43,390 nt of DNA from Micromonosporaceae bacterium (GCA_050701655.1 JBOGDG010000001.1:1-43390); one strand, 5' to 3'. Positions 14,479-23,400 are shown, counted from the stretch's first letter. Numbers and translations are program-made. Notes: generated by a model from the letters alone, not told the origin.

Positions 14479-16062
14479 ATGGCAAGCCCAGACCAGGGAC
14501 TACCCACCATCGGTCGCCGCCAGTTGCTCGGCGGCGTCGGCGCCGGTCTCGCCGGCGCTCTGCTGCTCACCGACGTCGAAGCCCTCGCCGCCGAGGTCGA
14601 GGGGCCCGTCGCTACTGCCGCACCCGACCCCCGGTTCAGCCGGATCTTCCAGCTGCCAGCCTTCGCGGACCCCACCTCTTCGGCGGTACGCAACGCCATG
14701 CTCGAGATCGGAAAACCGGGTGGCCTGCTGGACGCCAAGGACCCCTTGCAGGAGGGCCCCGTCCGGCTGATCACCAACCCGGAGCTCAGCCCCAACAACC
14801 GCGACCAGAATGTCGCCGACATGACCGCCGGGACCACCTTCGTGGGCCAGTTCCTGGACCACGACATCACTTTCGACCTCACGTCCCGGCTCGGTGTGGT
14901 CGCCGAGCCCACCCAGACCCGCAACGTGCGGGACGCCCGGTTGGAGCTCGACGCCGTGTACGGCGGCGGGCCCTCGGTCAGCCCGCAGCTCTACCAGTCG
15001 TCGGACCGCGCCAAGTTCCGGATCGAGAGCGGCGGGCGCTTCGAGGACCTGCCCCGCAACAGCAACGGCACCGCGATCATCGCGGATGAACGTAACGACG
15101 AGAACCTGATCATCAGCGGACTGCACGCCGCTTTTCTGCTCGCCCACAACCGGACCGTGGACCACCGGCGGCAGAACAACCTGCCGGGGGACGTCTGGTT
15201 CTACTCCCGGCGCACGATCATCCACCACTGGCAGTGGATCGTGGTGAATGAGTTCCTGCCGCAGTTCGTCGGCCGGGCGCTGGTCGACGACATCCTCCGC
15301 AACGGCCGGCGGTGGTACCGGTTCAGCCGGCCCACGGTGCCGGTGGAGTTCCAGACCGGCACGTACCGGTTCGGGCACAGCATGGTGCGGCCCTCGTACC
15401 GGGCGAACCTGCAAGGCGACCCCGGCGGCGATCCCAACACGGGAGCGCCGGCGTTCTTCGGGTTCATCTTCGACCCGGCGGGCGAGGGCCAGACCGACCC
15501 GGTCGACCTGCGCGGCGGTGCCCGGGCGCCGCGCCGGTTCATCGGCTGGCAGACCTTCTTCGACTTCGGCGGAGACAAGACCCAGCACGTACGCCCGAAC
15601 AAGCGGGTCGACACCCGCATCTCGACTGCGCTGTTCCGGCTGCCGCTGCGGACGATCCCGGGCAGCGAGCTGACGATAACCGCGCTGCCGCAGCGCAACC
15701 TGCTGCGGCACCTCACCTGGTCGCTACCGTCCGGGCAGCGGATCGCCGCGCACACCGGCACGCCGGTGCTCGGCTCCGGCTACTTCCCGGAGCTCAAGCC
15801 CTTCGGGCTCGGGCTGGAGGCCAGCACCCCGCTGTGGTACTACGTCCTGCGCGAGGCGGAGGTCTTCAACGACGGCCGGCGGCTCGGTCCGGTCGGCGGG
15901 CGCATCGTCGCGGAGACGATCCTGGGACTGCTGAAGCTCGACGAGTACTCGTACCTCAACACCGGGTTCCGGCCGTCCCTGCCGAGCCAGACCCCCGGCA
16001 CCTTCAAGATCACCGACCTGCTGCGCTGGGCACGGGTAGATCCCGCCAGCCGCGGTCAATAA
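14479..16062 (+). CDS. Heme peroxidase (animal-heme-peroxidase superfamily) with twin-arginine signal peptide
   Basis: ORF 14479..16062. The N-terminus reads GRRQLLGGVGAGLAGALLL (Tat motif). The distal-His block is FVGQFLDHDITFD and the proximal-His block is TYRFGHSMVRPSY. Confidence 0.85.
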   Translation: MASPDQGLPTIGRRQLLGGVGAGLAGALLLTDVEALAAEVEGPVATAAPDPRFSRIFQLPAFADPTSSAVRNAMLEIGKPGGLLDAKDPLQEGPVRLITNPELSPNNRDQNVADMTAGTTFVGQFLDHDITFDLTSRLGVVAEPTQTRNVRDARLELDAVYGGGPSVSPQLYQSSDRAKFRIESGGRFEDLPRNSNGTAIIADERNDENLIISGLHAAFLLAHNRTVDHRRQNNLPGDVWFYSRRTIIHHWQWIVVNEFLPQFVGRALVDDILRNGRRWYRFSRPTVPVEFQTGTYRFGHSMVRPSYRANLQGDPGGDPNTGAPAFFGFIFDPAGEGQTDPVDLRGGARAPRRFIGWQTFFDFGGDKTQHVRPNKRVDTRISTALFRLPLRTIPGSELTITALPQRNLLRHLTWSLPSGQRIAAHTGTPVLGSGYFPELKPFGLGLEASTPLWYYVLREAEVFNDGRRLGPVGGRIVAETILGLLKLDEYSYLNTGFRPSLPSQTPGTFKITDLLRWARVDPASRGQ

Positions 16063-16076
16063 CTTCAGGCCAGCAC

Positions 16077-16104
16077 GGGGGTGCGCCCGCCCGGGCGCAC
16101 CCCC
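16077..16104. terminator. GC-rich palindromic hairpin between the convergent peroxidase and ArsR-like genes
   Basis: gggggtgcgcccgcccgggcgcaccccc has perfectly complementary 11-13-nt arms. It starts 15 nt after the peroxidase TAA. There is no U-tract, as is usual in high-GC actinomycetes. Because it is palindromic it could act in both directions. Confidence 0.5.
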
Positions 16105-16115
16105 ACTATCGGTGT

Positions 16116-16167
16116 CGCTGGAGCTCGGGCGGCACCCCGACAAGACCTCCGCCGGTACGGCGCTGCT
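16116..16167 (+). repeat. Copy 2 (intergenic) of the GH89-derived 52-nt segment
   Basis: cgctggagctcgggcggcaccccgacaagacctccgccggtacggcgctgct. It lies between the hairpin (16077-16104) and the ArsR-like stop (16192-16194). Confidence 0.9.
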
Positions 16168-16191
16168 ACGGCCCCGGCGGGTTGAGCGCGG

Positions 16192-16890
16192 TCAACTGCC
16201 CGCTTGCAGGCGTACGCAGCAGTGATCCGGCGTGGGGTCGAGCCGGGCACGCAGGCCGGTGGTGGCGAGGCCGTCCAGCAGCCCGCCGAGCAGGCATAGA
16301 TTCATGCCGCAGACCAGCTCGGTGTGCTGGTGCGCCAGGGTGTGGAAGGGGCAGTTGCCCAGCACCACGTCGGTGTTCTCGATGCGTGGTTCGAAGCCGT
16401 GCTCCTCCAGCACCCGCAGCACAGTGTCTCGGCCCTGGGCGGCGTCGTGTCCGGCGGTCGCCGCCTCGCCGAGCCGCTGTCCCAGCTCACGCGCGCGGCG
16501 GTGCAGCACGGTCCGCGGCGACTCGCTCGACTCGTCCGCCTCCTCGACGGCGGCGGCCAGCAGCCGTCCCGCGAGGTCGTACCGGCGTTCCGGGACCGAC
16601 ACGGCGACCTGCCGCCGCGACCGGTGGTACAGCTTCGCCGGCCGTCCCGCGCCCGGACCGGTGCGGCCGCTCAGTCGCTGGTACGCCACGTCGAGCAGCC
16701 CGACCTTCACCAGCTGGTCGAGGTGGAACGCCGCCGTCGTACGGGGGAGTCCCAGCGCGGCGGCCGCCTCGTCGCGGCTGACCGGCGTGGGCTGGCGCAC
16801 CACGTGGTCGTACACCCGGCGCCGGGTCGGCTCGTCGAGCGCCGCGACAGCGGCGACGCCCCACTCCCGAGCTTCGTCCACAGCGTTCAT
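16192..16890 (-). CDS. ArsR-like winged-helix transcriptional regulator with a C-terminal Cys/His cluster
   Basis: ORF 16192..16905(-), with probable start MNAVDEA at 16890. The HTH reads RRRVYDHVVRQPTPVSRDEAAAALGLPRTTAAFHLDQLVKVGLL, followed by GRPAKLY. The C-terminus reads GNCPFHTLAHQHTELVCGMNLC. Confidence 0.8.
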   Translation of the reverse strand: MNAVDEAREWGVAAVAALDEPTRRRVYDHVVRQPTPVSRDEAAAALGLPRTTAAFHLDQLVKVGLLDVAYQRLSGRTGPGAGRPAKLYHRSRRQVAVSVPERRYDLAGRLLAAAVEEADESSESPRTVLHRRARELGQRLGEAATAGHDAAQGRDTVLRVLEEHGFEPRIENTDVVLGNCPFHTLAHQHTELVCGMNLCLLGGLLDGLATTGLRARLDPTPDHCCVRLQAGS

Positions 16891-16967
16891 TCTAAAAACC
16901 ACCAAGGTTGACTGAAGAGAGTCTCACCTCTAACGTTAACCCATGTTGGTGTTAGAAGGAGGGCCAG

Positions 16968-17612
16968 ATGAGCGCCGTTCGTAGCGAGTTCGGGTTGTAC
17001 GAGGGCCCTGACCCGCAAGCCCCGCCTCGGCGACTGAAGGTGGTCCACGACCGGGAGGACATCGATCTGCCCGCCGCGGAGCGTGCGATCGCCGACCTGC
17101 TCGTGGCCCTGGGCCGCGATCCGTCCTCCGAGCGCCTGGCCGACACTCCGCGGCGGGTGGCCCGCTCGTACGCCGAGCTGCTCACGCCGCGGGAGTTCAG
17201 CCTCACCACGTTCCCGAACGACGAGGGCTACGACGAGCTGGTGCTGGCCAAGAGCATCCCGGTGCAGTCGTTGTGCCAGCACCATCTGCTGCCGTTTCAC
17301 GGCGTCGCGCACGTCGGTTACCTGCCCGGCGCACGGATCCTCGGGTTGTCGAAGCTGGCTCGGGTGGTCGAGCTGTTCGCCCGGGACCTGCAGGTCCAGG
17401 AACGGCTGACCAAACAGGTCGCCGACTGGCTGCAGGAGCACCTGGCGCCGAAGGGTGTCGGGGTGGTCATCGAAGCCGAGCACATGTGCATGTCGCTGCG
17501 CGGGGTGCAGGCCACCGGCGCCCGTACGGTGACCTCGGCGCTGCAGGGCGTACTCCGTCAGGACCCCCGTTCCCGGCAGGAGTTCTTCTCCCTGGCGGGT
17601 GTCGGCGGCTGA
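16968..17612 (+). CDS. folE: GTP cyclohydrolase I
   Basis: ORF 16968..17612, with GAAGGAGGG just upstream. The diagnostic block is SLCQHHLLPFHGVAHVGYLPGARILGLSKLARVVELFARDLQVQERLT. EAEHMCMSLRG is also present. Confidence 0.95.
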   Translation: MSAVRSEFGLYEGPDPQAPPRRLKVVHDREDIDLPAAERAIADLLVALGRDPSSERLADTPRRVARSYAELLTPREFSLTTFPNDEGYDELVLAKSIPVQSLCQHHLLPFHGVAHVGYLPGARILGLSKLARVVELFARDLQVQERLTKQVADWLQEHLAPKGVGVVIEAEHMCMSLRGVQATGARTVTSALQGVLRQDPRSRQEFFSLAGVGG

Positions 17613-17654
17613 GGCCTGACGAGACCCCTCTACCACAAATCGAACGGAGGAGCG

Positions 17655-18893
17655 ATGGAGATCGATCAGACCTTCGTGGTCGTCGGCGCCAGCCTGACCG
17701 GCGCCAAGGCGGCGCAGACTCTGCGCGAGGAGGGGTTCACCGGCAGAGTGGTCCTCGTCGGCGAGGAGCCTGAGCGGCCGTACGAAAGGCCTCCGCTTTC
17801 CAAGGGCTACCTGCTCGGCAAAGACGACAGGGCCAAGCTCTACGTGCACGACGAGGGCTGGTACGACAAACACTCCGTGGAGCTGCTGCTCGGCCGCCGT
17901 GTCACCGGCGTCGACCGCGCCGCACACCACGTACAACTCGATGACGGCGAGTCGATCGGCTACAGCAAGGTGATGCTCGCGACCGGCGCCTCACCGCGAC
18001 GGCTCGACGTGCCCGGCGCCGACCTCGACGGGGTCTGCTACCTGCGCCGGGTCGAGGATTCCGATCGACTCGCCGACGCGATCCGCGGCGGCGGCCGGGT
18101 CGCCGTCATCGGCGCCGGCTGGATCGGGCTGGAGACCGCGGCGGCGGCCCGGTCGTACGGCTGCGACGTGACCGTCATCGAGCCGCGGCCCGCGCCGCTG
18201 CAGGCCGCACTGGGCCCCGAGATGGGCGGCTTCTTCGCACAGCTCCACCGCCAGCACGGCGTAGACCTACGGCTCGGTCGCGGCGTGTCGGAGATCCGGG
18301 GCGACGGGGGCAGGGTCGCCGCTGTGCGGACCGACGACGGAGCCGAAATCCCCGCCGAGGTCGTGATCGTGGGAGTAGGGATCCGACCCAACACCGCACT
18401 CGCCGAACGGGCCGGTCTGCGGGTCGACAACGGTGTCCTGGCCGACCAGTCGCTGCGTACCGACGACCCCGACGTCTACGCCGCGGGGGACGTCGCCAAC
18501 GCCTGGCACCCGCGCTACGGGCAACGCGTCCGCGTGGAGCACTGGGCCAACGCCCTCAACGGCGGACCCGCCGCGGCCAGGGCGATGCTCGGCCAGCACG
18601 TGATCTACGACCGGATCCCGTACTTCTTCACCGACCAGTACGACATCGGGATGGAGTTCGCCGGCTGGTTCCCGCCCGGCGGGTACGACACCGTACTCAC
18701 CCGTGGGGATGTCGACGGCAAGGCGTTCTACGCGTTCTGGCTGGCCGGCGAGCGGGTGGTGGCCGGGATGCACGTCAACCTCTGGGACGACGGCATCGAG
18801 CCGGTGCAGCGGTTGATCCGTTCCACCCGTCCGGTGGACCGCAATCGACTCACCGACCCGTCGGCGCCCCTCGCCGAACTCGCCGAGGCGTGA
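17655..18893 (+). CDS. FAD-dependent pyridine-nucleotide-disulfide oxidoreductase (ferredoxin/rubredoxin reductase type)
   Basis: ORF 17655..18893. Motifs: VVVGASLTGAKAAQTLR, ERPPLSKGYL, VAVIGAGWIGLETAA and YAAGDVA. The C-terminal dimerisation region is typical of ferredoxin reductases. Confidence 0.9.
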   Translation: MEIDQTFVVVGASLTGAKAAQTLREEGFTGRVVLVGEEPERPYERPPLSKGYLLGKDDRAKLYVHDEGWYDKHSVELLLGRRVTGVDRAAHHVQLDDGESIGYSKVMLATGASPRRLDVPGADLDGVCYLRRVEDSDRLADAIRGGGRVAVIGAGWIGLETAAAARSYGCDVTVIEPRPAPLQAALGPEMGGFFAQLHRQHGVDLRLGRGVSEIRGDGGRVAAVRTDDGAEIPAEVVIVGVGIRPNTALAERAGLRVDNGVLADQSLRTDDPDVYAAGDVANAWHPRYGQRVRVEHWANALNGGPAAARAMLGQHVIYDRIPYFFTDQYDIGMEFAGWFPPGGYDTVLTRGDVDGKAFYAFWLAGERVVAGMHVNLWDDGIEPVQRLIRSTRPVDRNRLTDPSAPLAELAEA

Positions 18894-18943
18894 CCGCCGG
18901 TGCCGCGCTGACGCGGCTGTCGCCCCGTTCGGCGGCGGGTGGG

Positions 18944-19036
18944 TCAGCGTGACGCTCTCGCGAGCGCGAAGGACCTGGCCGTCTTAGCGAGCAGTGGCTC
19001 GACGAGGTCCCAGAACAGTTCTTCGCCGGTCGGCAT
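18944..19036 (-). pseudogene. 30-codon ORF with a consensus SD, probably a truncated gene start
   Basis: On the minus strand AAGGAG (19048-19043) is followed by a 6-nt spacer and ATG (19036). The ORF reads MPTGEELFWDLVEPLLAKTARSFALARASR and then stops. The first ~17 aa look like a conserved protein N-terminus and the rest looks out of register. Confidence 0.3.
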
Positions 19037-19087
19037 TCGGGGCTCCTTGGCTGGCCGCACGGACTGGGGCGGCGGTTGGGTGCGGGC

Positions 19088-19207
19088 TCAGCCGGTCGGT
19101 TGGGCCATGGCCTTGCGCAGCTCCTCGGCGTCGTAGATCAACTCTCCGCGTACGATGCGGCCGTCGCGGATCTCCAGTACTTCGGGCGCCAGCGGTACGT
19201 CGCTCAT
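19088..19207 (-). pseudogene. 39-aa ORF resembling only the C-terminal strand of a SnoaL/NTF2-like protein
   Basis: My own translation is MSDVPLAPEVLEIRDGRIVRGELIYDAEELRKAMAQPTG. The (E/F)-x-RDG(K/R)IV motif is the usual NTF2-like C-terminus. The ~100 aa that should precede it are absent. Confidence 0.25.
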
Positions 19208-19268
19208 GTCGCCGGCGCGCGCCTGTTCGCCGCGTTCGACCTGCCCGGCAGCCCGCCGTAACCGGGGA

Positions 19269-20483
19269 TCAGGTGCCTTGGTGCTGGTCTGGTCGGGCAG
19301 CGTCGGACGGCGCCGTGCCGGTCTCCACGTACGACTTCAGGCGCATCAGGTCTTCCCGCAGTTTCTGTCGTGGGTTGGCGCCGAAGAGGGTCGCCACCGC
19401 GTGGCCGGCGGCGCCGAAGACCGGGTTGTACGTGAGCTGGACCTGCACCCGGGTACGGTCGCCCGGTTCGGCGTCCAGCCGGATCGCGCCGGTGTGTGCG
19501 ATCGGCTGGCCGACGGCGGTCTTCCATGCCAGGGCGCGGCCCGCTTCGCGTCGGGTCTCGTGAGCCTGGAACCGGATCGGTGCCTCCGCCGGACCCGCGA
19601 TCGCCCAGTACGACATCGGGCTGTCCGGCTCGTGGCGTACCTCCAGGACGTTGGTCATGAAACGCGGGAAGTTGGCGTAGTCGCTGACCAGCTCCCACAC
19701 CTGCTGCGGCGGAGCCGCGACGGAGATCGCCGCCTGTACGTCGACCGCGCGCCCGCTGGCGCGGATCCCGACCAGTCTGCTGACCGGAAGATTGGTAGCG
19801 GCGCGCGCGGCCGCCAGCGCACCCACGGCCCGCAGTGTCCAGGCCAGCGGACGCGGTGCCCGGCGTGCGGCGGCCCAGGTCGCCAACGCCCCGCCTGCCA
19901 CGATCATCCGGGCAGCCGGAGACCAGTGCTGCTGCAGCAGCTCAGGCTGCGGCTGCCGGCGGCGGGACTCGCCCTGCAGGTTGGGTACGTCAGCCTCGTC
20001 GTGGACCCGCCAGCGCTCCTCCACCCGCATCACCCCGGGCACTCTCCGGACCGCGCGGCGGGCGTGGGCCGCGTCGGCGCGCAGCACATCGCCGGTCAGC
20101 GTCGCCACGCCATCCCGGATCTCCACGTGCACCGCGTGCGGATGGCTCACGTACTGGCCGAGCGTCGCCCGTACCCGTTCGTGAAGCACCACATCGTCGA
20201 CCGTCCTGCCCCGCACCTGGTAGCGGATGCCGTACAGCACGCCGCGACCGCGGTTGCCCGCATCCCGCGCCACCACGCCCAACCCGTCGTTCAGCTTGTA
20301 CGCGGTTCGTACGGCCTTGTCCCGCACCCGCGCCCGGCGAGCCCGCCCCCGGTCGATGTCTAGCAGGTACTCGATGGTGGCGCCGGCGGCCGCCCCGAGC
20401 ACTCCAGCTCCGACCGACTGCCGCACCGGCCACCGCTCCACCACGCCGGGATCCCGGAATCGTGTCGCGCGCATCGCCATCAC
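19269..20483 (-). CDS. BON-domain plus SRPBCC (polyketide cyclase/dehydrase-like) domain protein
   Basis: ORF 19269..20483(-). The BON-like block is VHVEIRDGVATLTGDVLRADAAHARRAVRRVPGVMRV. A hydrophobic segment follows. The SRPBCC block is AAPPQQVWELVSDYANFPRFMTNVLEV. Confidence 0.7.
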   Translation of the reverse strand: MMAMRATRFRDPGVVERWPVRQSVGAGVLGAAAGATIEYLLDIDRGRARRARVRDKAVRTAYKLNDGLGVVARDAGNRGRGVLYGIRYQVRGRTVDDVVLHERVRATLGQYVSHPHAVHVEIRDGVATLTGDVLRADAAHARRAVRRVPGVMRVEERWRVHDEADVPNLQGESRRRQPQPELLQQHWSPAARMIVAGGALATWAAARRAPRPLAWTLRAVGALAAARAATNLPVSRLVGIRASGRAVDVQAAISVAAPPQQVWELVSDYANFPRFMTNVLEVRHEPDSPMSYWAIAGPAEAPIRFQAHETRREAGRALAWKTAVGQPIAHTGAIRLDAEPGDRTRVQVQLTYNPVFGAAGHAVATLFGANPRQKLREDLMRLKSYVETGTAPSDAARPDQHQGT

Positions 20484-20569
20484 CTTCTTCGCTCATGGTT
20501 CTCTCGCTGCACGCGTACCCCCGGATTCGCGGACTATGCGGCTGTGTTCGATCCGTTGACGTGGCTGGG

Positions 20570-21718
20570 TCATGGCAACGCCGTCCGGCCGGGGGCTTCG
20601 TGACGCAGCGACGCGTGCTGGACGGCGCGGCTGATGTCGCTGGGCGAGACGATTCCGACGAGCTTGTCGCCGGCGACCACCAGCGCCCTGCCGTCGGCGC
20701 AGCGGCTCAGCCGGGGCAGCAGCTCGGTGAGCTCCTCGTCGGGAGCGGCGAGCGCGAGCTCCCCTTCGGGGCAGGCGATGTCGCGCAGCGCGACCTCGGC
20801 TCGGCGCTCCGGCGCGGTCTGCTTGATCCGGTCCAGCGTCACCAGCCCCACCGGTCGGCCGTCCTCGGTGAGCGGGAACGCCGAATGACGGAATTCCAGC
20901 AGGTAGCGGTCGATGAACTCGGCGACAGTCACGTCCGGCTGGACCGTCTGAGGCTCGCGGGACATCACCTGGCTGACCCGTACGCCGTGCAGCGCGCCGC
21001 CGAGCCGGGCCTGCCGTTCTTCCATGCCGGCCGCGGTGAACAGGAACCAGCCGATCATCGCCAGCCACAGCCCACCGAGGCCGCCGGCGGCGAAGAACAG
21101 CCACACCCCGAACAGGATCAGGGCGCCTCCGAAGACACGTCCGGCTCGTGCGGCTATGACCGCCGCCCAGGTACGGTCGCCGCGCAGCTTCCACAACCCG
21201 GCGCGCAGCAGCCGCCCACCGTCCAGTGGCGCGGCGGGGATCATGTTGAACACGGCGAGCAGCACGTTGATGCCGGCCAGCCACGTGAACGCCCCGAAGA
21301 GCAGACCGGTCTGCCCGGCGATGCCGAGCCCGGTGGCGACGGCGGCGAACCCCAGCCCGATCAGCAGGCTGACCAGCGGTCCGATCCCGGCGATCCGCAG
21401 CTCCGCCCTGGGGCTGCGGGCCTCACCCGACAGCCGCGCCACCCCGCCGAACATCCACAGCGTGATCCCCTCCACCGAGAGCCCGTTGCGCCGCGCCATG
21501 ACGGCATGGGACAGCTCGTGCGCCAGCAGCCCGAGGAAGAACACCACCGCGGCGGCCAGCCCCGCCAGGAGGTACGCCCAGGCCGGATGCCCCGGGTACG
21601 CGACGGGGAACCGGCCGGCGGACAGCCCCGAGGCGATCAGGACGAAGATGATCAGCACGCTCCAGTGCACGCCGATGTCCACGCCGGCGAATCGCCCCAG
21701 CCGAAAGGTCGGCCTCAT
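20570..21718 (-). CDS. Site-2 protease family (M50) zinc metalloprotease with a C-terminal CBS pair
   Basis: ORF 20570..21718(-). It has the HELSH zinc motif and multiple TM helices. The CBS-like tail reads VSQVMSREPQTV...LVGIVSPSDISRA. Confidence 0.9.
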   Translation of the reverse strand: MRPTFRLGRFAGVDIGVHWSVLIIFVLIASGLSAGRFPVAYPGHPAWAYLLAGLAAAVVFFLGLLAHELSHAVMARRNGLSVEGITLWMFGGVARLSGEARSPRAELRIAGIGPLVSLLIGLGFAAVATGLGIAGQTGLLFGAFTWLAGINVLLAVFNMIPAAPLDGGRLLRAGLWKLRGDRTWAAVIAARAGRVFGGALILFGVWLFFAAGGLGGLWLAMIGWFLFTAAGMEERQARLGGALHGVRVSQVMSREPQTVQPDVTVAEFIDRYLLEFRHSAFPLTEDGRPVGLVTLDRIKQTAPERRAEVALRDIACPEGELALAAPDEELTELLPRLSRCADGRALVVAGDKLVGIVSPSDISRAVQHASLRHEAPGRTALP

Positions 21719-21772
21719 AGCTAACGCGTACCCAGCCAGCCCAGAACTATCCCGGGTACGGGCAACGGGACG

Positions 21773-23227
21773 TCAGCCGCCGGCCAGCTCGGCCTCGGCG
21801 CGTTCGATCGCCTCGAACTCCTCTTCCGGTGCGTTCGCCACCAGGCGGTGGCGGCTGTAGAACCAGAAGTACGCGAGGAAGCCCAGGAAGATCAGGGCGG
21901 TGATGCCGGCGGCGACCTGGTCGACGAAGAAGGTGGCCACCAGCGCGGCGACCGCGAGCACCAGGGCGACGGTGGTGGTGGCGATGCCGCCGGGGGTGCG
22001 GTACGGCCGCTCCAGCTCCGGCTCCCGTACCCGCAGCACGATGTGGGCGAGCATCATCAGCACGTACGACGCCGTGGCGCCGAACACCGCGATGTTGATC
22101 ATCTTGGCGCCGTCCTCGGTGATCGCGGCGAGCAGGAAGCCGATGGTGCCGGGGACGATCAGCGCCAGGTACGGCGTCTTGCGGCGGCCGGTGACCGACA
22201 GCCAGCGCGGCAGGTAGCCGGCGCGGGAGAGCGCGAACAGCTGCCGGGAGTACGCGAAGATGATCGAGAAGAAGCTGGCGACCAGCCCCGCGAGCCCGAC
22301 GTAGTTGACGAAGCTGGCGAGCGCGTTGTTGCTGCCGTACGCGGCCCGGATCGCCTCCGGGAGCGGGTTGTCCGAGGACTGGATGGCGGCCGACCCGGAG
22401 CCGCCGGGCGCGGTCAGCAGGATCAGCGCGGCCAGCACCAGCAGCACCAGCATCCCGACGATGATGCCGCGCGGCATGTCGCGTTTCGGATCGCGCGCCT
22501 CCTCGGCGGCCAGCGGTACGCCCTCGATGGCCAGGAAGAACCAGATGCCGTACACCAGTGCGGCGAGGGCTCCGGCGATGCCGAAGGGTAAGAAGCTGCT
22601 CGCGCCCACCGCGTCGGTGGCGGGGATGTCGAGCAGGTTGCCGAAGCTGAACTTGGGGATCATGCCGACCACGAAGGCGATCAGCGCGATCATCGCGACC
22701 CCGGTGATGACGAACATCAGCCGCAGCGCTTCGCCGACCCCCCACAGGTGGATGCCGACGAAGATGGCGTAGCAGGCGAGGTAGATCGGCCAGCCGGTGG
22801 TGAGCCCGAAGAGGCCGAGCGCCTCGACGTACCCCCCGATGAAGACAGCGATCGCGGCCGGGGCGATGGCGTACTCGATCAGGATGGCGGTGCCGGTGGC
22901 GAAGCCACCGAGGGGACCGAGCGCGCGCCGGGCGAAACCGTAGCCGGCGCCGGCGACCGGAATCGCCGACGCCAGCTCGGCCAGCCCGAACACCATGCAG
23001 CTGTACATGGTCGCCATCAGCACCGTGGCGATCAGCAGGCCGCCCCAGCCGCCCTGGGCGAGTCCGAAGTTCCAGCCGGCGAAGTCGCCGGAGATCACGT
23101 ACGCGACGCCCAGGCCCGCCAGTAGCAGCCAGCCCGCCGCGCCGCTGCGCAGCTGGCGCCGGTGCAGGTAGTCGGCCCCGACCCTTTCGTAGTCGGCCCC
23201 GTGGATGTGTTGTCGCTGGTCAGCCAC
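21773..23227 (-). CDS. eat: Ethanolamine permease (APC superfamily)
   Basis: ORF 21773..23281(-). YLHRRQLRSGAAGWLLLAGLGVAYVISGDFAGWNFGLAQGGWGGLLIATVLMATMY is the characteristic Eat N-terminus. The likely start is GTG 23227 (VADQRQH); the longest ORF starts at 23281. It contains an in-frame TTA (22591-22589). Confidence 0.85.
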   Translation of the reverse strand: MADQRQHIHGADYERVGADYLHRRQLRSGAAGWLLLAGLGVAYVISGDFAGWNFGLAQGGWGGLLIATVLMATMYSCMVFGLAELASAIPVAGAGYGFARRALGPLGGFATGTAILIEYAIAPAAIAVFIGGYVEALGLFGLTTGWPIYLACYAIFVGIHLWGVGEALRLMFVITGVAMIALIAFVVGMIPKFSFGNLLDIPATDAVGASSFLPFGIAGALAALVYGIWFFLAIEGVPLAAEEARDPKRDMPRGIIVGMLVLLVLAALILLTAPGGSGSAAIQSSDNPLPEAIRAAYGSNNALASFVNYVGLAGLVASFFSIIFAYSRQLFALSRAGYLPRWLSVTGRRKTPYLALIVPGTIGFLLAAITEDGAKMINIAVFGATASYVLMMLAHIVLRVREPELERPYRTPGGIATTTVALVLAVAALVATFFVDQVAAGITALIFLGFLAYFWFYSRHRLVANAPEEEFEAIERAEAELAGG

Positions 23228-23400
23228 TGGATGCACCCCTCGTCGAGCGGATGGGCGGGGTCGCGGCCGCGGCTGGCGCAATGGGCAACGGTCGGACCTT
23301 TAACTATTGGATTGTGAGCCTGGCCCGCCGTGGTGGCCCGTGTCAAGGGGTAGCCGGCGACTCGTTGACAGGCCGGGCGGCAGGTGCTTCTATCGGTTAA

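Noticed and set aside
12930-16167. The idea that the 52-nt duplication marks the ends of a mobile element carrying the peroxidase gene
   Set aside because: One copy is internal to an intact GH89 reading frame, and the copies are direct with non-matching flanks. There are no terminal inverted repeats, target-site duplications, or transposase or integrase genes.
19835-21724. Plus-strand ORF of 629 aa spanning the BON/SRPBCC and M50 genes
   Set aside because: It crosses two independently supported minus-strand genes and their intergenic region. Its composition is Pro/Arg/Gly-rich.
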